The position numbers were made by a program, and so were the translations under genes. Under the pieces are notes generated by a model. It did not search any database. It had not been told where the DNA came from and saw nothing but the letters and a program-made list of their open reading frames with translations. 64,000 nt of DNA. Source: Desulfatibacillum sp. (GTDB lineage Bacteria > Desulfobacterota > Desulfobacteria > Desulfobacterales > SpSt-501). Of the stretch, positions 62,923 to 64,000 are shown one piece after another. Every line of letters starts with the position of its first letter. Positions within the stretch are counted from its first letter, which is position 1. Location of the stretch: assembly GCA_020725555.1 (NCBI GenBank), contig DYEU01000031.1, forward strand, positions 52,761-116,760, read 5' to 3'.

Positions 62923-64000
62923 TCAGTCTTTGAGCGGGTAGGGCGGGACGATCGAATCGTAGTAGGCCTTCTCCGAGATCATGCCCCAGGTGCCGACCAC
63001 CTTGGCGAATTTCTTGAACGACTCGTTTACTTTTTTCGCGATGGGGGATTTCGCCGCCTCCTCCTCGTTGACCTCCTCGGCGAGCTTGGCGAGCTTCTTC
63101 AAGACCTCGTCGGGGAACTTGACGAGCTCCACCTTGTGCTTGGTGATCAGCTCCTGCAGCGCCGCGCCGTTCTGGGCCTCGAACTGGGCGAGCACCCAGT
63201 GCTCGTTTTCCACGCAGGCCGCGTTCACGATGTGCTGCAGGTCCTTCGGCAGGGACTCGAAGGCCTTCTTGTTGAAGAAGTACTCGAGGTAGGTGCCGGG
63301 CTCGTGCCAGCCGGGGTAGTAGTAGTACTTGGCCGCCTTGTAGAGGCCGAGCCGCAGGTCATGCAGCGGCCCCACCCACTCGGTGGCGTCGATCACGCCG
63401 CGCTCGAGGTTGGTGAAGATCTCGCCGCCCGGGGTGAGGACCACGGTGCCGCCCGCCTTGGCGACCACCTTGCCGCCCAGGCCGGGGATCCGCATTTTGA
63501 GCCCCTTGAAGTCGTCGATCGTCTCGATCCGCTTGCGGAACCAGCCGCCCATCTGGACGCCGGTCGAGCCGCCGGGCCGCGGGATGAGGTTGAAGGGCGC
63601 ATAGACCTCTTCCCAGAGCTTGAGGCCGTCGCCGCCGTGGAACCAGGTCGACATCCCCTGGCCGTTCATGCCGAAGGGCACGGCCGAGAACCACTGCGTG
63701 GCGGGCTCCTTGCCGGCCCAGTAGTAGGAGGCCCCGCTTCCGGCCTCGACCGTCCCGTCGGAGACGGCCTGGAAGGACTCGAGCGCGGGCACGAGCTCGC
63801 CCGCGGCGAAGACCTGGATCTGGAGGCGGCCGTCGGTCAGCTCACCGATCCGCTTGGCCAGCCGCTCGCAGCCGTCCTGGAGCACGGGAAGCTTGGGCGG
63901 CCAGGTGGTCACCATCCGCCACTGGTATTTCTTCTGGGCGATCACGGCCGGGGCGGCGAGCGTGGAGGCACCCACCGCGGCCGCGGTTCCGAGGCCGACT
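62923..64000 (-). CDS. TRAP transporter substrate-binding protein (DctP family), N-terminus beyond the window
   Basis: WRMVTTWPPKLP, GWFRKRI, TEWVGP and YYPGWHEPG motifs. The frame stays open to the window edge, where a signal-peptide-like GLGTAAAVGAS is read. Confidence 0.85.
   Translation of the reverse strand, partial: VGLGTAAAVGASTLAAPAVIAQKKYQWRMVTTWPPKLPVLQDGCERLAKRIGELTDGRLQIQVFAAGELVPALESFQAVSDGTVEAGSGASYYWAGKEPATQWFSAVPFGMNGQGMSTWFHGGDGLKLWEEVYAPFNLIPRPGGSTGVQMGGWFRKRIETIDDFKGLKMRIPGLGGKVVAKAGGTVVLTPGGEIFTNLERGVIDATEWVGPLHDLRLGLYKAAKYYYYPGWHEPGTYLEYFFNKKAFESLPKDLQHIVNAACVENEHWVLAQFEAQNGAALQELITKHKVELVKFPDEVLKKLAKLAEEVNEEEAAKSPIAKKVNESFKKFAKVVGTWGMISEKAYYDSIVPPYPLKD

Noticed and set aside
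1-64000. Mobile elements, CRISPR arrays, tRNA or rRNA genes, prophage or defence islands.
   Set aside because: Scanning the intergenic gaps and ORF translations by eye, I found no transposase, integrase, Cas or reverse-transcriptase motifs, no regularly spaced direct repeats, and no tRNA-like cloverleaf segments. I cannot exclude small ncRNAs without covariance-model searches.

Overview
Very GC-rich bacterial chromosomal segment. Third codon positions of the confident genes are almost always G or C. It is gene-dense on both strands. I saw no rRNA, tRNA, CRISPR array, transposase or integrase. About 65 protein genes can be supported.

Content in order:
- fabG-acpP-fabF
- a dCMP deaminase-nrdR-ribD-ribE-ribBA-ribH-nusB-MBL hydrolase run
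- ispG, proS, relA/spoT, rpmB, bamD, trxA, purN
- a SPOR/NlpC-P60 lipoprotein and a TraB-family gene
- an orphan CbbQ/CbbO-type AAA+/VWA pair
- a RecB-type nuclease fused to an XPD/DinG helicase, followed by DUF4124, a UbiA prenyltransferase and a CPBP protease
- two adjacent sigma-54-activator-like genes, the second degenerate
- hsp20-hsp20-J-protein
- PilZ-DUF4124-LysM, then OsmC
- a GcvT-SHMT fusion gene
- rnd, thrS, purB, a 2-hydroxyacid dehydrogenase, mutM, an acyl-CoA dehydrogenase, and a double-length M16 peptidase
- a translationally coupled minus-strand operon: sbcB, CDP-alcohol phosphatidyltransferase, RibD_C-like reductase, MDR dehydrogenase, PTPS/QueD-like, GT4, LtaS-like
- pspF with divergent pspA-pspB-pspC and a clear sigma-54 promoter
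- a TRAP substrate-binding protein cut by the window edge

Because of the GC content, the ORF track is full of long antisense or off-frame ORFs rich in R/G/P/A. I rejected these. Many track ORFs also start too far upstream, so I trimmed starts to the first codon consistent with family N-termini, a ribosome-binding site and frame.

Most interesting to me:
- the mixed lipid/glycosyl/pterin-type operon (49811-55913)
- the activator plus pseudo-activator pair (26903-29139)
- the GcvT-SHMT fusion (33433-36090)
- the ambiguous antisense overlap at 36030-36420
- the orphan CbbQ/CbbO pair
- a small Cys-rich ORF with a sigma-54-like promoter next to the psp locus

All family assignments come from motif recognition by eye. 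No searches were run.
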